DNA of 63,999 bases, counting the filler, from Sphacelaria rigidula (taxonomy: Eukaryota): assembly GCA_964200075.2 (NCBI GenBank). It is 3 parts of 3 records of this genome, joined end to end, with 100 filler letters (N's around TTAATTAATTAA, not from the genome) between each part and the next. Parts side by side here need not be neighbours in the genome. Positions count along the whole stretch, not along the records: positions 21,642 to 43,173 come from CAXNAA020000410.1; positions 43,274 to 63,999 come from CAXNAA020000498.1; 1 more part is not named here. One strand, given 5' to 3'. Below are positions 40,101 through 52,108 of this stretch, piece by piece. Both the position numbers and the translations under genes were made by a program. Numbering within the stretch: position 1 is the first letter of the stretch; each line of letters starts with the position of its first letter. The notes beneath the pieces were generated by a model that was not told where the DNA came from, made no database searches, and worked only from the letters and a program-made list of their open reading frames with translations.

Positions 40101-40474
40101 CGACAGAGTGGTACACGTATCGCGGGCTTCACGTGAATCAGTTGCACGACATATTCCACGATACCTCTGCCGTGCCGTACTGAACAGCGGCACCTTCTTA
40201 TGGTGAGGATTACATACAAAGCTCGACGTGACTCGTACCTAGTGCAAACAGCACAACGTACAGTAGCACTCTATTTGCTCATGCCGCTACGCATCCAGAC
40301 CAAGCATGGACAACTTGTCCGTAGGTCGACCGGTGCTGTCATCTGCTGCCATCCGCAAAAAACTCCTTTCAATACCTGGACACATCTGCTCTCGACGTCG
40401 TAGTCACCGTACTCGGAGATCCATTTCGAAACCAGGCGCTTGCCGTGGTATTCCCTGATTGCCTTAGCCGACAT
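25174..40474 (-). CDS. ACLY: ATP-citrate lyase, single-chain (ACLA+ACLB fused) type; 23 exons, 1097 aa
   Basis: Exons, all GT-AG and phase-consistent, total 3294 nt: 40474-40376, 40081-39878, 39397-39221, 35748-35692, 35169-34959, 34699-34530, 34345-34235, 34000-33851, 33249-33100, 32678-32584, 32430-32328, 32068-31964, 30495-30277, 30102-30004, 29840-29658, 28623-28492, 28274-28132, 27973-27824, 27524-27398, 27214-27056, 26917-26726, 26403-26299, 25326-25174. Family motifs: [93 protein letters not shown] (catalytic His), [44 protein letters not shown]. Confidence 0.97.
37041..37210 (+). repeat. Degenerate 69-bp tandem repeat (~2.5 copies) in ACL intron 3
   Basis: Units start at 37041, 37110 and 37179 (ACGTTCGT...ACATCCTC.TG..TGCAGACG.TACAGGACTG). 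Confidence 0.6.
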
Positions 40475-40800
40475 GTTGCTGCTCTGGGTTTATCTGGGAT
40501 CTTTGCAGCGTTGCTCAGCACGCGTGAATACAGTCACGGTTGGCACGTCGCTGACAATAGGTTGTGTACGCGTAGGCGCTTGTGGATAAGTGGATAACTC
40601 TGACATCGCTTACCAGTAGGTCATCTCGCAGTGGCGTCATCGAGAAAACACGGAGGCGTTTTAAGTTTTACGCATCCTCCCATGGGACCCACCTGTACGT
40701 AACAGTCCCGTTCCGGATACCAGCTACCGGAACACTCGTTCGCTCGGCGTCTGTACGTCTAGTGGCAGGCAACAGTACCAGCGAGGGGAGGAGGAAAATT
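40475..40800. promoter_or_regulatory. Putative bidirectional promoter between ACL and the SNF5-like gene
   Basis: Only 326 bp separate two divergent start codons (40474 on -, 40801 on +). No specific motif identified. Confidence 0.45.
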
Positions 40801-40932
40801 ATGTCTACAGATACGTCCACGCAGGATATGTGGGATCTGAAACGAGAGATGGTCATACCCATCACAATAGATGTAGAGATACAGGGTCTGCGAGTTTTAG
40901 ACACACTTCTATGGGATTCGGAGCAACAACAG
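40801..40932 (+). CDS. First coding exon of a SNF5/INI1-like (SWI/SNF subunit) gene; downstream exons not found before the linker gap
   Basis: ATG at 40801 gives MSTDTSTQDMWDLKREMVIPITIDVEIQGLRVLDTLLWDSEQQQ followed by a strong donor CAG|GTGAGT. VIPITIDVEIQGLRVLDTLLWD resembles the start of the SNF5 repeat (LVPIRLDxEIDGxKLRDTFTWN), recalled from family knowledge. Confidence 0.6.
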
Positions 40933-43097
40933 GTGAGTGCACCGATGGCGCTTTTAGTACCCTCGAACGCTCGGGCCCTTAAGAAGTAGCGAACTCGGAC
41001 GCTGGAAGGACAGCCTTTGGGACTTCAACATAGTTCGATCAAGGGAAAGCACCTACGTGACCAAAACCGTTGCCACACATGTGTGTTCCGCGGAGCATAG
41101 CTATTCGTGCGTGACAATCGGATGGGTTTACCCCAGTTCGGCCACAATCTACCCCATGGTTGACAATTTCGTACAAATTACGCCTTCTCAAACCCCAACA
41201 AGACATTCCGAAAACCCTCTGGCAAGGGGGGTGTAGAGGCTTCCATAGGCAACGTGTACGTTGGAAGACCTCAAATCGGCGTCAATTTAGACAAAAACGC
41301 GTTCTGTGCGAGGAGAACTCGGGACTGTCAGCCCTGCTAAAGATTCGAATCCTGGTCTTTCACCCAAATCAAATAAGATCAACCATGGGTAGATTGTAAC
41401 CGAAGTGGGGTGAACTCTACTTTCGACAAGGTTGTCCCCAGCTTCGATTTTCGTCTTCATTTCGCTAGGGCAGAAGGTGCACAGTCACCACAGGATGGGC
41501 TCCATCTTCTATTGCTGCACTAAATAGCGGAGCTTTGAACGCCGCCGCACGCCGCCGCCCCGGGCATTAGCCTACTACCTATGTCGTATAGTGCTCGTTT
41601 TCGGTCCTGTGTCGGTATGCACCTGTGTCAGTATGCAATACAGTATGAGCGAGGATGCAGCAGGCGGCGACAGTAGCATTACGTTGCTACGTTGTTGCGA
41701 AGCGGAGAGTGCGAAAAACACGCACTCCTTGTTGTCTCAGCGTCCTGTCTATGTACAGTGAGTTTTACACCGTTGTCTAGAATACACGCAAACACGCAGA
41801 GCGGTCTGTTTCAGAGTGCGTAGAGGAAAGACGAACAGCAAACCATGTTGCGGCCTTGGTCGCTGCTGGTTACAACGCACCACGCGAGCATCAGCATGCC
41901 TCCCAGAACCCAAACCGCCGGGACCTGAGCTTTACACGTCCCGTGGTGATCAGCAAAACCAGTGTTGTTGCCAACAGCGCCGTGCAGCGAGAGAAATCGT
42001 TGCCAATGATGGAAGTTGCAGCCACGTTTCAGTGTGATTTGGAAAAGAGAAGAATCCTCATGCTTCTGCACAAAAGCCGGTCATACACCGGAGATGGTGC
42101 ACCAGGGGTTGGATATCGTACATAATCCTTGGCTCAATCCTAGATGCTCGTACATACACCCCATGGTGCTGATAAAATTTGCGCACACCTCCAAAACTTC
42201 ACGGTATCAAGTTTTACAACCGATGTGGCCACCTAATACGATCCCCGATGACACCGGATCTTCATCACTATCATCCCTGTGCACATCAGACCACCAGTGT
42301 AGTTGACGCCGAACAGAAAAGTCTGAGGGCGGGTGGTAACCTGACGGGTCCCATATACTGGCCTTTTGAACTTACCTCGATATGAACATGGTGAGACACC
42401 CATGAGGCATTGTCATAACCCATGGCTGTCTCTGGAGGTGTCGATACCAGAAAATGAAGCAGCTCATTCGAGGCTGTCATCCATATGCAAGATGATTAGT
42501 GCGCTTCGTGCCAAAGAATGTTAGCAGGATGCAGGTCATCCTTCATGCGACTCGCCAAACACATCACGGCGCTTCGCGCTTGGTGGTTGACTGCGAACCT
42601 GGTCCAGCGAAACGCCGGCGCGCTTCGTCCTGGCTTTGTAGGGGTGCGAGGTCAATGGGCTTCTGACGGCGGCATGTAATAACATGAGTGCATCCCCCCC
42701 GGTATGAGCAAACGCCAGTTTTCTCGTCTGATTTCTGCCTTCAATTTGTTTTTGCATCACTATTTTCCCATGTTGCAGCTTAGGTGCTTTTTCTTTTGCA
42801 CCATTTCTGCCGAGCATCAGTGTCCGTATAGCGCCTATCTTTTCCTTCAATATCCATGCTAAAGAAAAATCTCGAGTCTGTCAGAAGACAAAATCTCGAA
42901 ACAGAATCTCGGGTTATTAAAGCGGTCCATATACTGTACTGTACCCTTGTACTCTCTCAGCGACTGTCGTGATTTCCCAACGATACTAACATGGTCGCGA
43001 CATGAAGTTTATCGGTTATACTCATGATCCACTGAAGGGTCATGAAAGAGTACACCCCCATAGTTCCAAGGAACACGACGAAGTGTCTGAATTCTAA

Positions 43098-43173
43098 GGG
43101 GGGGGGGCGTACTCATTTGTTGCTTGCCTTAGTCGTTTGACCATTGACCACGTATCCCTTTCGAGACGGAGCA
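43098..43173 (+). repeat. Short interspersed repeat, copy 2, ending exactly at the assembly gap
   Basis: Differs from 15411-15485 at only about 4-5 positions. Confidence 0.8.
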
Positions 43174-43273
43174 NNNNNNNNNNNNNNNNNNNNNNNNNNN
43201 NNNNNNNNNNNNNNNNNTTAATTAATTAANNNNNNNNNNNNNNNNNNNNNNNNNNNNNNNNNNNNNNNNNNNN
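43174..43273. other. Artificial 100-nt assembly linker: N44-TTAATTAATTAA-N44
   Basis: Same structure as 21542-21641. Confidence 0.95.
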
Positions 43274-43880
43274 CTGTTGAATCGGCATCAATTTCAAGTG
43301 AAAAAAAGTATGCATGATCAAGAAAGACTAATCTCGCGGTCGAAGCCCTTATCGGAAGTGATCATCACTCTACAAAAATTCACTTTCGGAGAGAAGCGAT
43401 CGCTTCCACAGCGACCAGTGCGGCGTCTTATCGACAAGCAGTTTTATCCAGATCGAAGCCCAGATCTGCACACAGGTAAAAAATGCGGCGGTTGTGGAAG
43501 TGGCCGTTAGTCCAATATCGACGAACTGCTGCTGACAAGACGCAACGAGGTGACACAGCGCAGACACACCGAGTCACGAAAATCGACGCATAGATACCCA
43601 CCACTCACGCGCATTAGCTCAAGCGCTAGTTCTTCATCACCTACACACGACAGACTTTGTTCGACGGAAATCCGTCCAGTATTGGATGAGAGACGGCCGC
43701 GTGCGTGTCGAATAGCAACCGAAAACGTGCTGTTGCTGACTGTTGTTGAGCGTATGCTATGCCGCATCTCAATCTAATCATCATTTCTCACCCCGGTGGC
43801 TCAGATGATAACACAGAAACCTTCTGACGGTTGGGTTGTGGGTTCAATTCTCGGAGCGATCTGGGGTTCTTTTCTCACAC

Positions 43881-44119
43881 CATGCCCAACAGTGGAGAGC
43901 GACGATGTCGTGGGTACATCAAATTTGACTCAACGGTCGACGGGGAAAAGGGACTGCTGTACCCCTCTCGCGATAAAAAATAAAGGCTAGCACCGCAACA
44001 GGACGGTGGGGTACTTGAAAAAAAAAACCTGTGTTGACCTTCCTGTGTGACCCCGGCGGGTGCGCCCACATATACCGAAAGGTGTAGACCGGCGTCCAGA
44101 ATAGATGGGACGACGACAC
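43881..44119 (-). repeat. Interspersed ~230-bp SINE-like repeat, copy A
   Basis: Its reverse complement aligns with 58969-59190 (shared TATTCTGGACG..TACACCTTTCGGTATATGTGGG..GGGTCACAC..GGAAGG.CAACAC..CGACCG..AGTC.AAT). Confidence 0.75.
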
Positions 44120-46542
44120 TGAATTCTGAACCGATTTGAGCAAGGTCACGCATAGTATGCTCGGCTGATGAGCAGCGATGAATTGAGCGGTATGTTTTGG
44201 TTTGGGGGGACAATGATTTCTTGAGGTCGTTTGATTGTGTAGATTTGTCTGTCAAGCCTTCGGTTATGCCCCTGTCAACGGGATGTTTAATGTTCCCGTT
44301 CGAGGTATCACAAAATGACTTTTGCATAAGTGATTTTTTGGCAGTTTTTGGGGCGAGGGGTGGTATCGCAGCAACCAATCATCGGTCGTTTTTTACGAAC
44401 GTGATTTATTGAAAAGTGATGTTCACTTGTTGACACGAAACTCCACGTAAAAAGCGATATTCACTTTTGATAGAGAAACCCTCAACATCTCGGTGCATAT
44501 CAAGTTTGTTTTTTTCCAAATGATACCCAAAAAAATATCAACATATCATCAGTCAATAACGCCTCCTGAAAAGCCGGCTGCAGCGACAGTGCAGTGCGAT
44601 GCACATGTAGAACAAAAAGCTCTACACAGCAACGAACAGACACATCACACATGCGGTGAACGGTGCAGCAGCAGGACGGTGCAGCCAGTGGCGGTGTGCG
44701 ACAGTCATGCTGCTACGGACAGGTCCATAATAGATGGCTGCAGCACATAGTTCAACGGTTTCGGAAATTGTCCAGGGAACGTCACTGCCCGGACTGCTTC
44801 CGCAGCCGTTTCCACCATCAGAATCGGCGGAAGAAAGATCGTTCGTGACATCCCACAGCCCAGCCACATGAAGAGTGCCGTCGACACCTCTCTGTGACGT
44901 CATGTGGAGTATTCACAACAGGCAAATGGCTGCTCGTACTCGATATCTTTTTTCGAGACCGAAACACTGGGAGATGTCCCAAACTGCAAAAGACACTCAT
45001 GACACGAGACGTTATCGGGGACGACAAAATCACAACTCCATCAAATGACTGTTTCAGCCCAAGTGCACAATATTTTCTGTTATTAGGGGCCAAAAAGAGT
45101 GTATCTCACATTTCCCCAACCAAACGACGCAGGAGGCGAGGCGTTGAGGCGTGTTATCGGAGGCGAGAAAAAAAAAATGTACCGCAACGAGAGTAGTTCA
45201 TCTGTGTCACGCATCCCACTTTGGAGTGAAACTGATGCCGATTCAACACATGAGCTATCCTTGCCGTCTAAAATAACCAATGAAAGAAGAATCTGGAGTC
45301 CATTGGCCCAAAAACACTAAATATGTGACCTAGGAGTCAGTAAAGCCAAAGCGCAACCTTTGCAATACTCGGCATGCTCGGCGTCAGGCGCCGCAAGGAG
45401 CAGACATGAAAAAGGGCCAAATGATCCGGATCATGATTCGGATCAGTATACTGAGGAGTAATTTTCAGGCGGATCGTGATCTGCTCGACATCGAAAGTAC
45501 TGTTACTGTTCCTTCCCTCCTTTATTATTGTGCTGCTCCTGACCACGGGCTGGATTGTTGCAATCAGCATATGAGATATCCATCACTAGGGGGGGCGGTA
45601 GAAAATATCATTTTGCCATTCATCACGTAAATTTGGATGTAGTGTCGAATTCCTCCTACATTTTGGCCCCGAGTACGCTCTCAAACATTGCTAAAAAACA
45701 ACAAGACCGGGTTTTGGAACCAAAACAACCGCAACATGTGAAGCGTGAGGCGTTATCGGGGACGACAAAACGATGACTTTAAATAATATGACGATTCAAA
45801 CTACTGTACACGCCGCGATTCGTCGCTGCGATACGCAAGCCTCGTTTTGGGACCGGACTCCCAGAAACATTGTGTTTGTACTGCAAGGGCCTTTTTGTGA
45901 ATCGGCATCATTTTTACTTGAAAACGAAAGACGATGACACCGAGTAATAATAAGACCTCTGCGTGCAAATACCATGCCCATGGGAGTCCGGTCCCAAAAG
46001 GGATAATGCGCATCGCAGGGCCCAGTTGCGGGGCGTCATGAAAACCTGCGATTATTCCGTCTCAGCAGAGGTACCTCAAACCTCGAGATTTCCGATATAT
46101 TTCGCAGTAATTTACAGTCAAAGATGTCGGGAACCTCATGTTCGAGACAGCTCTGTTTGCAGTATATATTGACTGCAGATTGGAGTGGAATATGCCGGGG
46201 AACTCGAGTTTGAGGAACGAGTACCTCTACTAATAGTGGGAATTGAAGTCTGGTGTTGCATCCCGCATGTTCCGATACCCGCATCAACGTGATGGTACAA
46301 ACCACTTTGGACCGTATCTTGTAGGGACGCTGAACCCGCAAACTGTCCGCCGTATGTTGGGAAGGATTGCCCTCAGTTCCTCCGAGTATCGTGGCTGAGG
46401 TATTGCGTCCTTGTCCGCCTCAAGTAAGTGTTGGGGCAGCAAAACTCTGGGTCTGATCCGTTACTACTGTGCATGACGTATGCATGTTGCTGGAACGTAT
46501 GTCGAAACTGCAGCGCTGCTTCGCTTCAAGTGTGTAATGCTG

Positions 46543-46595
46543 CGTCGATAGATTCGATTTGCGTCGACAGATTCGATTTACGTCGATAGATTCGA
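46543..46595 (+). repeat. 19-bp tandem repeat, ~3 copies
   Basis: CGTCGATAGATTCGATTTG / CGTCGACAGATTCGATTTA / CGTCGATAGATTCGA. Confidence 0.8.
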
Positions 46596-49500
46596 GTGCA
46601 GGATGAAGATTGAAGATTCGTCGCACAACGAATTACTATCGACAAAGCTCAAATTATACGATGAAGAGCCGACAATGACGACAGTTATTTTCTCGGGTTG
46701 GCGAGTGTAGGCCACTGCGCTGCGGCTGTGGGAATGTCGCACACGGCACTTTTGCGAGCACTCCACACCTCGTGTATTAGTCCCTGACAGGTTTGATAGA
46801 TTCATCGTCCAGAAACTAGGGCGAAACCTGCTCAACAGCCTGCTCAACAGCCTGAACGACACTGTTCGATCTCTGACCTGGCGAGTGTGTGGAGGGGAGG
46901 GGGGGGGGTTATATAAAGTCTCCAACAGAGGGGTATTTTTTTCCGGCCTCACACGAAGCAATCGCCGGCTGTACAACGGTCCAAATTCTGAAAAGATTGC
47001 ATCGGGTTTTCACCAAAACGGCTTCCATCCTGAACAACCACGACGCCTTTCGGTACGATGCAGTTAGCTACTGCAAGTACAAACTGGAACTTCAGTGCGA
47101 CTGGTGTGCATATCAATCAGGCGGCCTGCGCCCCCGGAAGGTACCAAAACAGAGTACGCATGTGGAAGGGATGAGGTGGAAACTCGCCCGGTCTCGATGC
47201 TTGAACTGTCCAGCCTCTCGGTCAAATCGGGCGCAGATCATGGTACCGACATAGCAACGACCATCAAGATATTGACACGACCGTTCAGCAAAGGACGCCA
47301 ACACAAAACACATCCAGCTTCAGAAAAACGCTGCCGTCAACGAAGAATTTCATCGAAAACTATGTACATCACCATCGTGCGTCGGGATCCACACTAGTGA
47401 CTGAACTCTCTCTCTCGTCGTGAAACGTTGATTCTTCTCTCAGCAGAGACAAAACAGTCGACAGTCAACACCATTTACGCAGCCGGGAGACATTCACGAA
47501 CCGAATCGCCGTCATGTGTACGGACCTCACTCGAACACCGAGCGTGCTCTAGTCCGTGATTCACCTCGCCTTTTATGTATGCACTACGACACTCGTATTG
47601 GAATAGATGATGTTGTTCACAGTCACCAAGTAGTCAAAACTTGCTTTATTCATGGGCGCACAGCAAGTTACGCGAACGCTACGCAGGGTGCCCCCCAAGT
47701 TCTCCACCCCCCCCAGCCTGTTCGTGGTGGATTGCACCCTGCCGTCAACACACCAGACCCCGTACCGCTCGACAATACGCGAGATCCCCGCAGGAACACC
47801 ATGAAGTACAGTTGTAGTTGATACGGTGCGGTATGGGACGTTCGAACGCGCATAACACCGACGATCCACTCGTCAAAATGTACCGTATATTCGTGACTGT
47901 AGACAGTATATCCAAGGTGCATCGATGCGACGTTTGTCTCCACCTTCCATCAGAGCGGCTCTCTTTCCCATTGTTATTTTACCCCACAACACCCTGCTGC
48001 CGAACGGAGTATGCGCAGCCGCTGTCAGTGTCGGCGACTTCTTCTTCTTCTGTTACTGGTCGCAGCCGTGTGCTTCACGAAATACACGACAGCAGAAACA
48101 GCAACAGCAGCCAAACGCTGCTCCGCAGTAGCGACAGCGACAGCAAACATGTTGTGTACGCACCGAGTACAGACCAAATAGACCAAATACTTGGATATAG
48201 AGAAGGACCGGGGGGTTATTCGTCGCAGTACAATCAACAGTACAACGCAATACTGCGTTTTTCCTTTTGAGTACAGTAGAGGTACTGTTTATACTGCGGC
48301 GCCATTTACCCCAGCACCTTTGACCCTACCACCTACAGGTACGACAATGCGCGAGGAATATCGCACAACGCCTTATCCAACGTTTGTATTCTGCTGTGCT
48401 GTGGTCGCCGACGGTGTAACGGTCAAGTGTCATCTGCAGGATATGCCTTACAGTAAGGTACTCCCCGAATTCCACCATCGTAGGTAGTAGGCGGTGATAA
48501 CAGGTTGTCAGGGGGGCATTTGTAGTTCGTCCGCGATCATGTTTGTAGAGGTCGGGACCAGGCCACAAAAATCGCGCACCTGTTTCCGGTCCAGGTTCAC
48601 CAGAGATCACAGTCGCCATGACCCTCCGTTGCTCAAACAATTGCTGATTAGGCGTCAAAGCTCTCCAATACTCAAGTGCAGCCGATGACGCGGAGTGCAC
48701 TCACCAGGAATGCTATACAGTACAGCCCAAACTATATTCTTATGATGGCGCCCCGCGTAAGCCCCGCACCAAAAAATCGTTGCGTTTGACAAGATGCGAC
48801 AGATAGTACAGTACGGAGTGGCACTTTTTTGCTGGGCCATGCGATGGCTGGGGCATTTTCCAAGAAAGTTTCGGGTCGTTGTCCACCTGCCATCCCGGAG
48901 AAATGCAACGTCATCCAACTATTTTTTATCCGTCATAATGAGTACTCAACACAACTTTGAAATACAAAGCGCACAGGTACCGACTTCGAGTGGGCTTGTT
49001 TTGATTGCTATAATGGTTGCCTCACATCAACTTCGCGTTTACAGTGCAATTGGTATAACACGGGGTGCGGTCGGCGAGGGTTGTCTAGATGGACAGTAAA
49101 CGAGCAGGTTGATGTCGAATGAAAGATTCAGCTGCCTTCATGTCTTGGCATGAGGGGTTTCATATCCTGGAGGTAGGTGAAGACAGGAGGAAGTGCATAG
49201 CGGCCGTGTGGGTTCGAAGAAACTCGGCCTCTACATGGTGTATATGTACTTTCTAGTGCCTCCCACCGCACGGAATGATGGGCTCTGGACCCGGAATATG
49301 GAATCGAACTACTATTGGGCGCTAAGGGAAAACAGCGCTCGCGCTCTCTGACCCTTGGGGGTACCCTTAACGGACAGGCCAAGGGATTGTTTGCTGAAGG
49401 GACATCATTTTCACCTGCAAAATGAATTCAAGACCCAGGTGACCCAATCTGGCTGTCAACGGCGAGTCCGGAGATGGACAGTGGGGTCCTTTTAAGATAT

Positions 49501-50601
49501 TTCATGTGCCCAGCTAGTGACACGTCCCTCGGCGGTCAAACCGTCAGAAGAAAAATGAGAATTTATACACGGGCACCTTGTACGGAACCCTGCAGCTAAG
49601 CTCTGTGGACGGAATGTGAAAGCCAGATTGCGAAAGACAGCTTTGCCAGCTGCGTGTATATTTCTCAGGATCAAAGGAACAGTTAACTATGGAATTAGAC
49701 GGGCCGCAACGGTTTTGAATACTGTACACCTGTATTTCACGCTCATCTGTACAGACAGTCGGATACGGTATGCCGGATGCCCCCTGACAAGTCTAGGTTC
49801 TCCATACGCAACCCTACACCGCGAGGAGGGTAGTCCATCCGGATCATGCTTACTTTCTCCAGCAAAATTCATGCCGATTCAACAGATGACCTACTCTCGG
49901 AGTCGAGAGGCTTACGTATAGTGCACGCAATGGGGACGGGCATCCCTGCCTTCTGAAGCAATGTTTGCTGGTGTTTATGCACTCTACAAAAATGACCCCC
50001 CGCTGGTTTCCGTACGGTTGCACCAGTCTGTACTTTGAGTACTTGGTTAGTATACTTGATCAATTATCCTGAGAGAAACTATTGCGGGTTCTGGGATGGT
50101 AGCACTCGAAGGAGGAACCTGTGTCTCCTAGCTTGCAATGGATCAACTATCAACGGCTTTGGTCGGAAAAGGGTCGGTGGGAGACGTTAGAAAACGCTAG
50201 GATATAAAAGCTTTGGAAGAAGGAAAGTCGACACAAAGATAAACTACTGCAAGACCCAACTGGCGCGGACTCGATGTTCGTTTCCGAAGCAAATGATACG
50301 AGAGGGCGGGATAGAGATAGATGGGCGCACACTAAAAAGCAGAAAAGTATCATCGCTGTGTTGTCGCGGTTTGCTGACAACTTTCCTTAGTGTTTATTCC
50401 AGCTTGTTGTGTACAGAAGAAAAAAGGAAAAAGGAAAAAATGTTGGGCTCAATTTTCTCCCCCATTCCCCGAGATATGGAGAATAAAAGAACTTTCAAGA
50501 CTAATTTTGAGATTATGCTGAGCATCGAAGAACAAGATACTGCGCAAAGACTATGTGGTGGCAGACAGAGGAAGGCTTACGAGCGGACTAAACTGACTGA
50601 C

Positions 50602-51962
50602 CTGCGCCATTGAGCTGAATCCCCTCTTCCTTCTCTTCGCCCAATCCCACCAACTCAGAGTCCTCGCCGACTTTGGACATGGCTTCAATTATCTTCGAAC
50701 AACTCTAGTTGCTACTCTGCTCTCTTGACGCCTGGGTCCAAGTATAACGGAAAGGGCCGAACAGCCAGCAGCAGCACTCCGAAATAGGTCGGTCACTACA
50801 GCCAGTACGGCACAGCCCACAGCATCCGCAGCTCCTTGCCTTAGCCCCCGATTTAGCAGCGATAGCAGTTTCCAGACCGAGTGTATGCAGACCTAGAGAG
50901 CCTCGTCTGATCCGGCTAGTGAGATACTTTCCCGTGACCGGAATGCTGTGCGTGTCTACCACTTGGTGCTCAATGAAGGCGGCGTTTGTTTGCCAAACGA
51001 CGGCCTGAGAAGGAAACCGTCAAATTGCTATGGAGCTTTGGGCGCTGGATTTTTGTGGAAAATGGAAGATTCCGAGGTCTCGGACTTGTCCCGAACTAGT
51101 CGAAAACTAAAAATGCGATATGACTATCTTGTCCTCGTACGGGAACTGGTACGGTCCGGCTCTGTGAACATTCAATACTTGATGGGTACTTCTGTACTCA
51201 TACAAAGGGGTCCGGTTCGGTGAACATTCAAAATTCGGTCGGCGGTCCTCATTTTGCGTAACAATCGCCTAGTATGCCGTACACAGGCTCAGATCGAGGT
51301 TCGCAGCAAAATTCTCACGAGACACGGTGAGGGTGCAAGTTCGAATAATCAAAGACCACTGAGGGGCCATTGCAAACAGTCTTGCCTTCCTCAGTTTTAG
51401 CTGGCCCGTCCCTTGTTTTGTGGCGTCAAATAAAGGACAGGTTATACCCGATTGCACACAAGATGCACCGAAATGCAAATCTTCCGTATACCTTCTGTGC
51501 ACCTCGATCGCCTGTGCCAGGGCAGGGGTGTTATCCTCGATGTTGTGATGCACAATTGGAGTGTCACTCGCCAGCTTCTCATGCCTCCATGTAATCCGCG
51601 TGCATCTTGTATCCAAGCACTTACATCGTCTTACGGGAGTGTGTACTCGTATTTTACTCAGATCAAGTTACTGCAGTAGAGCAGTAGGTGTGTCTGGCCG
51701 ATCAGGTGCTCTTTCGCACCCCTAGCTGATGCACGTAACCCTTAGACCTCGAGGGTAGGTCACCTGCTCAACCGGCATCAATGTTCACTTGAAAAGGTAT
51801 GGGTGATCCAGATGGACTACCCGCACCGCGTTTCAAGGGTGAAGAGCTTGGCGCTAGAGAAGTCACGATAGGTGTGTTCGAGTTTTCGTCGGTATAAGGC
51901 GCAGCCATAGCACGTGCAAACGACGTAACCTTTGATAGAGCCTGTGGAGAGAACACTTGCAT
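50602..51962 (-). pseudogene. Possible multi-exon gene or pseudogene divergent from TRAPPC2; product unknown
   Basis: ATG at 51962 (MQVFSPQALSKVTSFARAMAAP...PIPFQ|GTGAAC). Further exon-like segments lie near 51490-51585 and 50602-50892 (VCIHSVWKLLSLLNRGLRQGAADAVGCAVLAVVTDLF.../IIEAMSKVGEDSELVGLGEE, separated by an apparent 1-nt frameshift). Phases are not fully reconciled. Confidence 0.3.
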
Positions 51963-52108
51963 GTTCCAAGCTTGCCGTAGTCGACCGTGCGAGGTTTAGG
52001 TATTCCCGTCATCTCTCACCAGTGCTTCAACCCCCCACCCAGTGCCTCACCCCTCACCCAGGTACCACGGCGGGGAAGCGGCCTAGGGTTTGAGGTGGTA
52101 CGAGGGCA

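Noticed and set aside
41800-42850. Further SNF5-like exons or a transposase remnant
   Set aside because: Frames are interrupted by stops and show neither a SNF5 continuation nor a DDE or RT motif.
51090-51190. VRELVRSGSVNIQY resembles the end of a Ty1/copia RNase H
   Set aside because: The match is short, the KHID motif is missing, and no RT, integrase or LTR is nearby.
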